Assembly: GCA_965235115.1 (NCBI GenBank)
Contig: OZ249437.1
Coordinates: 48,608,001-48,672,000, forward strand
Reading direction: 5' to 3'
DNA from: Laetmonice hystrix
Lineage: Eukaryota
Length of the DNA stretch: 64,000 nt
The notes below the pieces were generated by a model. It searched no databases. It was given only the letters and a program-made list of their open reading frames with translations, and had not been told where the DNA came from. A program made the position numbers and the translations under genes. Of this stretch, positions 63,920-64,000 are shown in pieces (the stretch's first letter is position 1; each line of letters begins with the position of its first letter).

Positions 63920-64000
63920 CTGTAATATTGCAGCTATTTGTAAATATCTAAAAAATGTTTATGAAATTACACAGAAATTAACGCAAGTTATTGTTAGCCT

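Overview
Intron-rich, AT-rich animal genomic DNA. It is probably a marine lophotrochozoan such as a mollusc, inferred from repeat style only. Manual exon reconstruction (GT-AG boundaries, consistent phases) gives five genes: (1) the first, signal-peptide-encoding exon of an unidentified minus-strand gene (1904-1964), head-to-head with (2) a complete 23-exon KIF23/MKLP1 kinesin-6 gene (+, 2544-18550, 913 aa); (3) a complete ABHD2-like hydrolase (+, 25117-29871, 412 aa); (4) COX7C (+, 33843-34533, 72 aa); and (5) the 3' half of a type I PIP5K gene (-, from beyond the window end to about 39.5-45 kb), with several candidate alternative terminal exons. Introns and intergenic DNA are dense in non-autonomous elements: CAG-terminated hAT-like MITEs with 5- or 6-bp TSDs, Harbinger-like, Tc1/mariner-like and foldback MITEs, a tRNA-derived SINE and a Helentron/HINE-like element. 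I found no prokaryote-type system, CRISPR array or rRNA, and I cannot support a wholly new biological system. The best leads are the non-canonical TSDs, the PIP5K1 tail cassette, a KIF23 microexon and the cell-cycle-type bidirectional promoter. Most ORFs in the supplied track are spurious.
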